A stretch of DNA of 63,998 bases, counting the filler, from Malassezia furfur (taxonomy: Eukaryota): NCBI GenBank assembly GCA_052055015.1. It is 4 parts of 4 records of this genome, joined end to end, with 100 filler letters (N's around TTAATTAATTAA, not from the genome) between each part and the next. Parts side by side here need not be neighbours in the genome. Positions count along the whole stretch, not along the records: positions 1 to 17,308 come from JBQJIT010000227.1; positions 17,409 to 34,688 come from JBQJIT010000228.1; 2 more parts are not named here. The stretch is one strand, 5' to 3'. The position numbers and the translations under genes were made by a program. Positions 11,055 to 22,266 of the stretch are shown piece by piece. Positions within the stretch are counted from its first letter, which is position 1. Each line of letters begins with the position of its first letter. The notes under the pieces were generated by a model that did not search any database, was not told the origin of the DNA, and was given only the letters and a program-made list of their open reading frames with translations.

Positions 11055-12513
11055 ATGGTACGTCGTCTGGTAATTATGCCGCGCCACACAACCGTCCAAC
11101 CAACGACTAGCACACGATCGTTGCACCCGGGCGTCCCTGCATGATGGTGTGGGGTTTCTAGGTTCCTTGTGGCGCCAGGCCGAGGAGGCCTATCTGCCCT
11201 GTAGCGACCGATCACCGGCAGCCGATGCACGGACGGCGTGTGGTGCTCCACTAACACGTCAGGCACACCATGCTCGACCGAACGACGGGAGTCCGTCCGG
11301 ATATCCCCATCGCTTTGTCGCTCCTGATGCCGGGCTGATGTTAGACGGCGGTGGGCATGGCGTCACGCCATATGCGCTGCACCAGATGTCCCCGATGAAC
11401 TTCGGCGCGCCGTCGCCGAACATAAGCATGAACATGCCGGGCGTGATGATGCCCATGTTGGGCTACGGGGTGCGACCGATGCACTTCAACTTGAACGCCA
11501 TGCCCGAGGCGAATGCCATGTTTGGCAACGCCGACGCCAGCACTGCGCCCAACTACGGTGGGCTGCCGCCCATGTACACAGCACCGCTTGGGAACGGGAT
11601 GATGTTTCCGCCGGTATCGAACACGAATGTGCCCGGCAATCTCAACAACAACACCGCAACTTCGTTCACGACCACGCAACCTCCGGTCGTCACCAGTTCA
11701 CTCCCGCCAGGTAAGGTGAAGAAGCAACTCGGGCGACCGCGCAAGTATCCGCCGCCTGAACCTGCCGGTATGCGTATACACACGTTTTCAGCGATGGACG
11801 CGACGCGCAAGCGCGGACCGGCACAGCGACCACAGCTGCGCTCGCGGCTGAAGCCGCCGAAGCAGTCGCCATCCGCCTGGCAAATCTTTTTCTCCGAGGA
11901 GCTGCAGAAGATCAAGGCGACCTCGCCCGAGGAGCGCCTCAATGTTGCCCATATCGCCAAGGACGCAGGGCAGCGCTACGCCGATTTGCCTGAGTGGAAG
12001 CGACAAGAGTACCAGCAGCGCAGCCAAGAGGCCAAGGAGCAGTACGAGAAGGAGTTGGCCGAGTGGCGCTCCAAGCTCACCCCGGACGACATCAAACAGG
12101 AGAACCTGTTTCGCTCGGCGCAACGAAAGATGGGCAAGTCGCGCCGCGGTAACCTCAAGGACCCCAATGCGCCCAAGAAGCCGCTATCGGCCTACTTCCT
12201 CTTCCTGCGTACCATCCGGATGGACCCGGTCCTGTGCCAAGAAGTGCTCGAGGGCGAGCATGAGACGACCAAGCAGAGTGTGCTGGCGGCGGCCAAGTGG
12301 CGCACCATGTCCGATACCGAGAAGCAGCCGTTTTTGGAGCAGGCTGAACGAGACAAGACCGAATACGAACGACTCCGGCGCGAGTATGAAGCGTCGCACG
12401 GCGCCGCGGGCAGCAGTGCCGCGGCGCACGGAGCGACGGACGACGAAGCCGGTCCGCCGGTGCTGCCGAGTGGTGGCACGGTGTTGTCCGCGTCTTCAGC
12501 GCCTCTGATGTGA
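11055..12513 (+). CDS. Double HMG-box protein with AT-hook; probable ATG-only first exon and 205-nt intron 11058-11262
   Basis: GRPRKY AT-hook, PKQSPSAWQIF and DPNAPKKPLSAYFLF HMG boxes; 5' structure inferred from ATG|GTACGT and CTAAC..CAG. Confidence 0.8.
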
Positions 12514-12566
12514 TACCCATGAATTGTTTGCTTTGTAATGTAGCTGTATAACGACTCGAGTGATGC

Positions 12567-13427
12567 CTATACAATGCTTTCCAACTCACGCGCAAAGTGC
12601 AAGTTCGACGTGATCGTCGCGCGGCGCGGGATGCGTTCCTCGCCCTCGGCCGCGCTGCGTTCGGCATGCTTGATGGCGAACTCGACGGTCTGCGTTGTGG
12701 GGTTCACGTGCCATCCCCGCTCCTTGGCAAACTCGAGTACCTCGGGCAGGCTGTTGAAGAAGAGCAGCGTCGCGACGTCGTTGAGCGGCAGCGAGTCGTA
12801 CGCCTTTTCCTCGCACGACGCAATCTCGTGCCGGATTGTGACCATCAGCATGTCCACGAAGAATTGGAACTCTTCGCGCGGAACGTTTTGCCGCTCACGC
12901 CAGACGTTGGAGTAGGAGCCCTCCATGAGCCACCGCTCCAGCAGGACAGGGTGCTGGATGTAGGGGCTGTCGCGCACAAGCTCAGCGGGTAGCATCTCGA
13001 GCGCCATGTGAAAGGCCGAGATCGAGTTCGACGACAGCTTGCGCAGCAGCGACAGGCCGACAATCGGCTCGTAGTTGTCCGACGGTGGGAGGTATGTACT
13101 GCGTCAGCGGTGGACGTACGGCAAATCGAGGTAGAACGGCTTCAGCTGGCTCCAGTACCGGTCGAAGCTGTCCGTATCCTTCGCATGCACGCTCGCAAGC
13201 GCGCCAATCTCGGCGACATCGCGCGCGATCACGAGCGAGTCGACGTCGAAACCGCCAGGCGACGGCGGTTGGGGGTACAGCAGCTCGCGTTCAGCCAGCA
13301 TCAGCTTGAGCTGCGAAAGCTGAGACGCCACAGTATCCACCTCTGCCGCACCCTTGGTCCGGCACAGCGCCGAAAAGTCGGCTTGCAACTTCTGGTGCGC
13401 CGCACGCAGCTCCTCGTCGGCGGCCAT
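12567..13427 (-). CDS. RPN12: 26S proteasome lid subunit Rpn12, 21-nt intron 13099-13119
   Basis: FDRYWSQLKPFY, LERWLMEGSY, EIASCEEKAYDSL, ARELESIV. Confidence 0.95.
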
Positions 13428-13483
13428 CGTAGTCAGTGCCACGCCGCGCGTCCGATCACGTGGAAGTGGAGGCTGCTTCCACG

Positions 13484-14385
13484 ATGGCCTGCGCGCTGCG
13501 TCCTGCGCGGGGCGTGGTGCGCGTCGAGCGGCGCGCGTGCTGCGCTCCGAGCTCTTCGCGGTGGCAGTCGACCCAAGTATCTCCACGTCTATGGGTCGAG
13601 GAAACTGCTGCGCGATGGGAAGCAAACCCGCTGTGTACGTCACCATTTTGACCCAGTGTACATGCTTGCTTCGCCGCTTCGAAGATGCATCGTGACGCAT
13701 GCCGTACTACCCAATGGTGTGTTTTCGTTACACTTACAAAGCGTTGATGATCCAGCTCAAAGCTGCCAAAATTCCCGGTGACCAGGCCGAATATACCATC
13801 CTACCCGACGCCATCCTCCACCCCCAGTTTGCCCAGAAGAAGCTGGGGCGTGGCATGTGGATATGCAACGACCAGCGTGTCTACCAGCGGCTCGTCGAGC
13901 GACGTACGTGGGAGACTCACACAGAAATGCACCGTGCCATTGCTTCGGATGCAAGCATCTCGCCGCGACTCCCTATGCTGCTGACCCACCAATTTCAAGA
14001 GCGCCTGGTGCAAGAGGTCCAGCTTCTGTGCGAAGCAGCTCAGAATACACGGGAAACGTCTCCAAGTACTCAGGATGCACCACCAGGCTTTGCAGCTGAA
14101 CCGAGTCTCTGCCTCACCACCGATGAACTGGACGCAGACTGCGCCAGGCTCGCCGTGCGGGATGGCAGGGCGACGTACGCCTTGGCGCGCCTCGTTCCCG
14201 ATACCGGCTTGCGCACACAGCTTGTCCACTGGCTCGATGCATGGGTGCGGCAAGCCCCTGAGCGGTGTCGGCGAACCGATGCAGGCTACGACGTGGCTCG
14301 GCATGCCTCGACGGCGGCGCTGGGCGTCGCATGTTGGCGTGCTAGTTCATGGCTTGATTCTGGCAAACATACGGCAGCTACCTGA
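13484..14385 (+). CDS. Conserved fungal, probably mitochondrial protein (Rrg8-like), introns 13635-13656 and 13717-13741
   Basis: Splicing two micro-introns gives a continuous frame with a presequence-like N-terminus and NPLLYMLASPLRRCIVTHAVLPNALMIQL; family name from recall only. Confidence 0.6.
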
Positions 14386-14392
14386 CGCACGC

Positions 14393-14896
14393 TTACTGCA
14401 TGTAGCGCTTGTAGAGATAGTAAGCCACGACGCTGGTGACGGCGAAGATGATGACCAGAGGACTGGGTGAGAACAACGACGTACGGGCCACCCGCCGACT
14501 TGACCTCGCCCTCGGCAGCGCGACCGGTCTTGGGCACGTTTTCCTGGGGTTAGCTACGCCGCGAAGACGGCAACGTACAGGGTCCGCAATGACACCAATC
14601 AGCATTTTCTTGAGGTCCTCGCGGGCGTCCTCCGAGTGGCCCACATCCTCGAACGGCTCGGTCGCGTCCTTGCCGGCCTCGGTGATCAGGACCTCCTCAC
14701 CACCAGGGTGCTGTTGTGTGAGATGGCGCACGGCGCATGGCGTACCTCGGGCATGAACTTGGTCACATCGTAGACTGCGCGGTCAGTACGGCCGTCGCCA
14801 ACAGCACCACCTACCCTTGCCGTCGATCAGGAGCCAGAGGTCGTTCTCCTTGTTGTGCTTGCAGAACTCTTCGAACGTGATCTCGCGCGTCGCCAT
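14393..14896 (-). CDS. CYB5: Cytochrome b5, four introns (14775-14814, 14711-14745, 14544-14578, 14463-14484)
   Basis: Spliced [40 protein letters not shown] plus C-terminal membrane anchor. Confidence 0.95.
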
Positions 14897-15066
14897 GGTT
14901 ACGGTGTCTCGAACACGCGCTGGGGTGCCAAACGTTCTGCAGCCGCGATGCACAATGCCTCGGCCGATGCACGGGCATTCCCCAGGCCGAACGCCACGGC
15001 ATTCACGTATCCAATACGCGCGCGCTGATTGGCTCGTGCCAGTGCGCGGCGTCGCTACGGCCCGTA

Positions 15067-17261
15067 CTACAGTTTCGCGGTGGGCGCCTCGGGGGCGCCA
15101 GGCGTCGCGGCAGGCACGTCCGCCGGCGTTTTGGAGGGCGACGAGGCTGCTTTCTTGGGCGTGTTGAGTAGGATGACACTGGGTTAGTCCATAGGCTACG
15201 CACTTGACCGTGATCTGGGTAAGTAGGGCGTATACGTACATCGTCTCGGTACCTCCGCGACTCGGGGCTCGGGATGGCAAGCAGTCCCGCGACGCGCTCG
15301 CGTGCCGCGCCGCCTAGCGCATTGCGGACGAGATGCGTGCTGAGGTTGTCGTCCTCAAACGTGAACTTCTGCAGGTGGTTGGGCGTGCGCAGCAGCGGGT
15401 GCTGCGTGCTGTGTTCGGGGGCGTCGGCCGCGGCCGGCGGTGCGGTGCCGTCGTGCGGCTTGGGCGCCGCGGCGTTGGCGCGCGCCTCACGCGCCTTGGA
15501 CGGCTCAAAGCACTGCTGCTGCAAATCGGCCGCGAGTACCGTGCCGCGGATGCCTGCGAGGTGGCCGGCAACGAGGCCGACTGCCTCCTGGTCGCTCATC
15601 AAATCCCACAGGCCGTCGGTCGCCATGATGATGAAGCGCAGCTCGCGCGACGAGTGGTTGCCCGACAGCGAGCTGAGACTCTCTGACGCGGCAGCGACAA
15701 GCGACTCGTTCGACGCATCCTCGCCCGTGCCCTGCGGGATCTTGCGCGTGACGACGACCGGCTCGGCGGTGACGTACGGCGGGGTCTTGAGCGTCTTGGG
15801 CGGCGCACGCACCGCCTTGCCGCTCGGCAGGAAGGTTTCGACGATGCGCTGCTGCATGTCGCGGTCCCACTTGTAGCGCGCGTCGCCAAACGCGCGCGTG
15901 GGCTCAAGACCACCAAGCACACGGCCGCGCTGAATGACCGTCGACGCCTCGTCCGGGGGATGCTCGCGCTGAATGCGGCGTACCTCGTCCGGGTTGCGAC
16001 CGGTCTGGTCGATGCTGAGCGCCTCGACCTCCCAGCGCCCCGCGCGCTCGTCCCAGTAGCCTGCGACCGCGCGGCTGTCGCCCGTGGTCGCGACGTACAA
16101 GTCGCGGCGGGCACTGTCGATGTACACCATCTGGGCACAGCTGCCGCTCAGCGCCGGGAGCAGCGCCTCGCGCGCCGACGCCTGCGACGCGGTAAAGAAG
16201 GACGAGGCATTGGACGTGCCCTGCACGGTCGACGGCCAGATGCTGTGCGCGAGCGACGACAGCGAGTTCTTGGAGTCATTGGCCGTGGGCGCTGTGCCCT
16301 GCGACGCGGCCGCCGCGAGGCTCAGCTCGTACTGCTTGAGCAGCTCGAGCGGCATGCTGACAATCTCCTTGTCGAGCCCGCGGAAGCCCTTGACGAGCGC
16401 GCGTTTGACGATATCGGGGTTGCCGTCGAGCCCAAAGGCGGCGAGCATGGCGCCCTCCTTGCGGCGGTCGCCGCTGCCAAACAGCGTATGCCACACCGAG
16501 GAGGTGAGCGAGGTGTGCGAACGCGCCATCTGCGCATACTCGCCCGTCTCGCGGAACACCTTGTCCAGCTCGAGCGCGACAAACGCAATCAGCTTCTGCG
16601 ACAGGAGCTGCGCCGTGTGCGGACCGCCGTGGCCGTCCATCACGGTGAAGAAGCACAGGTCGCCGCGCGGGCCGTTGGCCGCAGGCGGCGCGGCACCCTT
16701 CTTGCTCTTCGGCTCGTCCACCGCGCGGTCGCGCTCGACAATCACCTCGGCGTGCCGGTCCTCGGTCGGGTCGTTGCTCGGCACGCAGTTGGTGTCGTAG
16801 CGCGCAACGAGGCAGGCGCCGGGCGGGCGCTCCACGATCGTGCTGCGCTCGTTGGCACGCAGGCGCGCATCGACCTCGGCCGGCGACAGCGGCGTGATCA
16901 CCTTGAACGGCTGCTCGCCCGGCCCACGCACGCGCGCGGGGATCGAGAAGGTGGACGCCCGCGCGGCGGGCGTCGAATAGGTGCGTGCGGCACCGGGGGT
17001 GTCGTCCGGCATACGGCGCCCACGGATGTTTGCCCAGTAGTACCAGCCGCCGAACGCGGCTGCTGAGCCTGCGACGCCTACAAACACCCACTCGGAGCGG
17101 CGCTGGCGCTGGTAGGCCGCCGAGGTGTTGGGCGGCGGCACTCGTCCCGCGGGGCGTCCGCCAGTGCTGCGCGTGGACGGGCTGCGCAGCAGGGAGCTGG
17201 TAGACACAAAGCGCACGGGCACGGCCGGCACAGCGTCACGCAGCGAGGAAGGACGCAGCAT
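15067..17261 (-). CDS. PTC5: PP2C phosphatase Ptc5/PDP-like, introns 15215-15239 and 15179-15203; start uncertain near contig end
   Basis: VMDGHGG, GGLEPTRAFGD, ATDGLWD, spliced RYRDDITVNVI; presequence plus TM segment; ends AKL. Confidence 0.88.
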
Positions 17262-17308
17262 GCGAATCGCACGGTCAGCGCACACGCCTGGGCATCGACC
17301 CATGCGGA

Positions 17309-17408
17309 NNNNNNNNNNNNNNNNNNNNNNNNNNNNNNNNNNNNNNNNNNNNTTAATTAATTAANNNNNNNNNNNNNNNNNNNNNNNNNNNNNNNNNNNN
17401 NNNNNNNN
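17309..17408. other. Artificial contig-joining spacer
   Basis: N44-TTAATTAATTAA-N44, with stops in all six frames. Confidence 0.98.
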
Positions 17409-18476
17409 GCGCACCGGCTGTGCGCTGCCGCCAGCGATCGAGAGCCTGCTGCGCGAGGTCGAGCCGCGCGGGGAGAACGACGGCGGGGACGTCACCGGTG
17501 GAGTGTCGTGGCGGAGGCCGCCGCTGCGCGCGGCGATGTCGCCACTCGGCACATCCGAGGGGAGCGTCAGCGAGCGCATCTGCCGCGCAAGCTCGCGCTC
17601 GGTGGGCGAGGGGGAGAGTGGCGCGTCGCCGGGCGCCCCGAGGCGCGAGATGGACGTCGGCGAGGTGCTCAGGGTGCGTGTGCCCATCACATCGTCGCCG
17701 AGCGCCATTGCGACGGACGCCTCGGCGTTTTGCTGCTGGTGCAGGAGCGCACTGTCGTCGTCGGGCGACGAAGAGAGCACCTCGGTGCCGAGCGCGCTCC
17801 CGCGGTGCAGCGGCATCGTGCCCGGGATACCCGATCCCGTACGGGGCGGCAGCCACGACGTATCGAGATCGGGCGCCGTCCACTCGGGCGCTGACGTCAC
17901 GCCCGGCGCCGGCGATGCCCAGTCGTCGACAGGCAGCATGCGTGGTGAGCCGACCGCCGAGCCGGGCATGCTAAAGGTGCCGTGCGATGAGAAGACGTGA
18001 GGCGCCCGTGCCGTGACGGGCGCGTCGACGTCGAGCGTCTGCGAGCGGCTCAAGGGGTGGACGCGCGGCAGCGTCGACGACGACGTGCGCATCGAGTTGG
18101 CGCGCATCGCGGCCGTTGCGCCAGGCAACGACGGCCAGCCGTACGTGGCATCGTCCGCCCACTCACCATGCATGGGGCGCATCAGAAACTCGCTTGGATC
18201 AACGGTCATGGTGCGTTTCGGTGGCGCACGTCCCTGGAAGGGCGGGCTCATGCTGCCACTCAGGCCGTGGGCGGCACCGCCGGGGCGCGCATACGACCTG
18301 CGTGTATTCGACGATGCATTCGTCGGGCTCGACCACGATCCCGTGCGGTGCAGGTCGAGCGACGGCGAAAATGCACCGGCATTCGCATCGGGTACGAAAC
18401 GCGGCGCTTCGGCATTCGCACCCGCACCTGGTGGCCTGCGGAACGCCGCATCACCTGTCCCGCGATAATCGCGCAT
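17409..18476 (-). CDS. Ser/Pro-rich low-complexity N-terminus of an unidentified protein, truncated by contig end
   Basis: Open frame of more than 350 codons from MRDYRGTGD to the gap; no domain recognised. Confidence 0.6.
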
Positions 18477-18939
18477 GTTCACCTCCCACGCGCCTCCAAA
18501 GACTCGGCAAAGAAGCGACGCGTGTCGGGGTCGTCTACGACGTGGACGGAAACGCACACACCGCGAGCGACACCGGGAGGAGATTTGCTGCCGCAGCGGT
18601 AATTTCCTCGTGCACGAATTCGCATATTTCCCCAACACGCGCACCACGCGAAGGAAAAAATAGAAAACGGAAAAGGCCCGACGTGGCACGCGTGCAGCGC
18701 ACGCCGGGGCACACGCGACCCTCGCGGACCGCTCGCTCGCGGGCCACCCAGCGCTGCAACCGCATGCGAGCAAGATACCGAGGTCCGGCGCATCAGCCGC
18801 GTCGCACGACAAACACTACAGCAGCACCTCCCATAGCACACACACACATTCGTTTGAGGAGATCTCCTAATATGGCATTTTGGGGTACATAGAGCACACC
18901 GTGGAATACGGACAGGCTATTGAGTTACAGCCTTTTTTT

Positions 18940-19514
18940 TTACTTCTGCTGAGCAGTCCACACGTTGCGGATGACTGTAGGGTTAGTACATGTTCGGGCG
19001 GCGCAACTGCGCACGGCGGTGTCGTTGGGTTTGTTGCAGCAGTCTGACGCTCATAGACTCATAAGATAGGAGTCTGCGAGCTCTTAATCCGCTGAACTTT
19101 GATTTGCGCTCCATAATAATGGAATCCTTCGCCTGGCATAGACAGATGGAGTGTTACCTCCGTGCCAGGCGCAGACTGTCTGGAGCAAAGGGGAGGCCGC
19201 AACCAACCCAAAAACATCGCGCGCGCGCAGTCAAAGATACGTACAGCCCTTCTCCTGGCAGATGCGGTTCAGCGAGTCGTCGCTCTCACCCTGGTGGCGG
19301 ATCGAGCCAGCGATGGGGATGTTGGTCGTCTGGCCAGGGATGATCTTGCCGTTCTCGTCAACGTCCGCGATGGCGATCTGGACCGAGGCGTGGTCCTTGG
19401 CCTCAATGAGACGGCCAGTGGCAGCGCACTTGCGGGGGACGTAAAGGTCAACAAGCTCTCCCTGAACGGTCAGTCACGGCGAACACGCGTCACACATACG
19501 TGGATGTTCTCCAT
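18940..19514 (-). CDS. RPS21: 40S ribosomal protein S21 (eS21), introns 19462-19499 and 18975-19244
   Basis: Spliced [34 protein letters not shown]...GESDDSLNRICQEKGFIRNVWTAQQK*. Confidence 0.95.
19029..19190 (-). ncRNA. Intronic box H/ACA snoRNA in RPS21 intron 2
   Basis: Hairpin - H box (AAATCA) - hairpin - ACA+3 nt; both pockets complementary to LSU rRNA GGAAUCUGACUGUCUAAU. Confidence 0.85.
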
Positions 19515-19674
19515 GGTGATGTCGGTATGTAGGCAGGGGTGGAACGGCGAAGGCGCCCCTATGACAATTGCACGTGATGCATATAGTTCGTCGATTGCTG
19601 ACACGAGCTTACCCAAGCAGGCGGACGCGCGCCGCTGATCCCCGCACGTCCCCCTCCACGTAGCGTACGGCAGC

Positions 19675-19950
19675 ATGGCAGTACGTCGCACGACCCCAGC
19701 CACCTAATGCAGGACGATCATCACTATCGCTTCCACGTGAAGATGGCATGTGGAGCATGCTCTGCTGCGATCGAGCGTGTTCTTTCGAAGCTCGAAGGTG
19801 CGTTATTGAGCTTATCCAGGCGTGTCCAAGTATGAGACCTCGATGGAGACCCAGACGGTCGATGTGTACACTACGCAGCCGTACGACACGGTGCTTGAGA
19901 AGATCAAGAAGACGGGCAAGGAGGTCATCTCCGGCGAGGAAGTGCACTGA
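19675..19950 (+). CDS. ATX1: Copper chaperone Atx1, introns 19681-19712 and 19798-19819
   Basis: Spliced MADDHHYRFHVKMACGACSAAIERVL...KIKKTGK (MxCxxC and KTGK motifs). Confidence 0.93.
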
Positions 19951-19956
19951 AATCTA

Positions 19957-22100
19957 TTAGCAGCCACCTCCGCAGCCATATCGGCACCCGTAGCACAGCA
20001 CAGGCACGTTGCTATTTGTCAGAACCAGCCCTGCGATACTCGCAAAGCCCTCGCCCAACACAAATCCAGAGGCCACAACAATCACCAGGAGGGTTTTGAG
20101 GTCCTGTTGTGTGTTGCAGCGCTGTGCATAGCGCGTATATCCGGCAGCCGCCAGACCGCCTAGCAGCCGTGCGAGCGAAAAGTTGGGCGTGTTCATCATC
20201 CCAGTTGCAAACGCAATGCCACTCGGGAAGGCGAGTGCGCACTGCTCCCACAAAGGTGCCGGCTCCTTTCGGCGCCGTTTGGACCGCAAGCGGCGCAGAT
20301 GGCGAGAGCGCGCAACGGCATGCATAATGCCTGACACGCCAAATAGAACCCCAAAAAGCAGCATAAACGATGGCACAGTTTCAGGCAGGGTCCCATTGTT
20401 GATCAGTCGCGCGAGGTTCAGCCAGATCGCCGACGTTGGTGCGGGGAATTGGGGGCCAGGAATGGGGTACGTCGAGCGATACACCGTGTAGCCAAACACG
20501 GTGAAGCCTATGCCCAGCAGACTCCCGAGCAGTTGGCCTCGGAACTGGTTCCAGGGCGCGACGCCGACTAGATGACCCGTTTTGTAGTCTTGCATCAGCT
20601 CACCAGCCTGCATAGCGCCAGACTCGGTGATAGCACCGGCAATCAGATTCGCCACCACATTGCCGGGCTGCACCACACCGTAAAGCAGCTGGCTGATTTT
20701 GGCGACACCGCTCACGGGGTTTAGATCGGTCTCTCCCAGTGCGCGTACCGCCAGCACGGAAAAAAGGCTTGCAAGAATAAAGGCAAGCAGAGTTGCCCAT
20801 GGAGCAATCGACGTGCCTGCAGCACCTGCGACTGCCGCTACACCCACGATGCTGGAGATGATGAGGCCACCAACAACCCAACTCATGGGCGTCTGACGCT
20901 CCGGAGGCTCATCGTCCTCGTCTGGAAGCGTGATTTCTGAAAGCGAGTCTTCTGCCCTCCCTGATGAGCTTGCGGGCGGGGCGAGTCCGTCCGGTCCGTC
21001 CGGCAAAAGTCCTTCTTGCTCGTGAGAAGGCAATGCGATGCGATGTTCGGCGCTTTTGCCCCAGTCCAAAAAGTCTTTGGTACCTGAGGAAAAGATGAGC
21101 GCCACCACACCAATGATGCTTTCTGCGCACATCACGGCCAACGAGATCCACAAGATCCAGCCACGCCCACCTTCGTCGGCGTCCAATGGCTCACTTGGCG
21201 CCCATCCAAATGTGTGCGCCATGGGCGAGAGAATCGCCCAGCCGACCACAGCCCCAAGCACCATATGAATGGAGGTGGGAAGACCCATGATCATACCTTG
21301 TCCAATGTAGCTAAACGACGGGGTAAACCACCACCCCCAACGTGTCAGAGAATGCCCCCGTGGAGCAAACACATCAAATATAGGCAGGGCATACACCACG
21401 GGGACCACAAACGAGAGCAACGTCACGAAGCAGGACACGCCCAGCGAGACAAGCAAAACATTCCAGCTCGTCTGAACGTCCTGTCGCGATGCATGCGAAG
21501 GTACTTCGGTGGCCACATCCTCGTCATCTGCGGCTCGTGCATTTTGTGTTTCGACTGGGTCGCGCTTCAGTGGAGTCCGATGAAGCAGAGAGACCAGCTG
21601 CGCGGTTGCTGATCCACTTGGAAACGGCAGACGTTCATGCAAGATCATGGGCTCGCGCAGCGGGCTTGCAAAGAATATGCCGGCACTGCGTAAGAAGATA
21701 AGACGTACAAGGCCAGACCAAATGTCCAGAGCCAAATGCCCGTCTGAGAAAAAATCATGGGGCCCACGCCATCCTGCTTTTCATCAAGCATTCCCAATGC
21801 AGGAAGCACACCGATGGCACCGGACACGAGTGGCAAAGAGCCAATCGAACTGGCGACGGTCTGAATAACCACATTTTCTTTTAGTGTGAGTGGCTTGCTC
21901 AAGATCACGAATCGCTTGCCACCCAGCTGAACCGAAGTTGGTATCAGCTTGAACAGGGCAAACCCCAACAGACTGCCCTGTAAGGTCATCGTACTGATCC
22001 ATCCAGACTGGAGACCAAGATACAGGTTGGTGAAGGTAATCAGAGCGCCGACGACGATGCCCATGCCAATCGCACGCGGCTGGATGAGTTTGTGGAACAT
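19957..22100 (-). CDS. OPT-family (YSL-like clade) oligopeptide/metal-chelate transporter, intron 21686-21708
   Basis: NLYLGLQSGW, ENVVIQT, LPFPSGSATA, GETDLNPVSG, LMQDYKTGHL; many TM helices. Confidence 0.9.
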
Positions 22101-22266
22101 ACTGTCAGCTCATCGTCGCATCGACACGTTGGTCTCCGACGCGCGGCAGGACATGAGTCCGTATCGCGCACGTCCGAGCTCATCGCCGACGATCGTGCGA
22201 ATAAAGCGGCGTGCACCAACTACCTCCACTTGCGCCCGAGTTTAATTTTTTTTTTGTCCGAAGAAT

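Noticed and set aside
19675..22100. ATX1 plus OPT/YSL transporter as a metal-uptake cluster
   Set aside because: Convergent orientation and no shared promoter; adjacency is expected by chance at this gene density.
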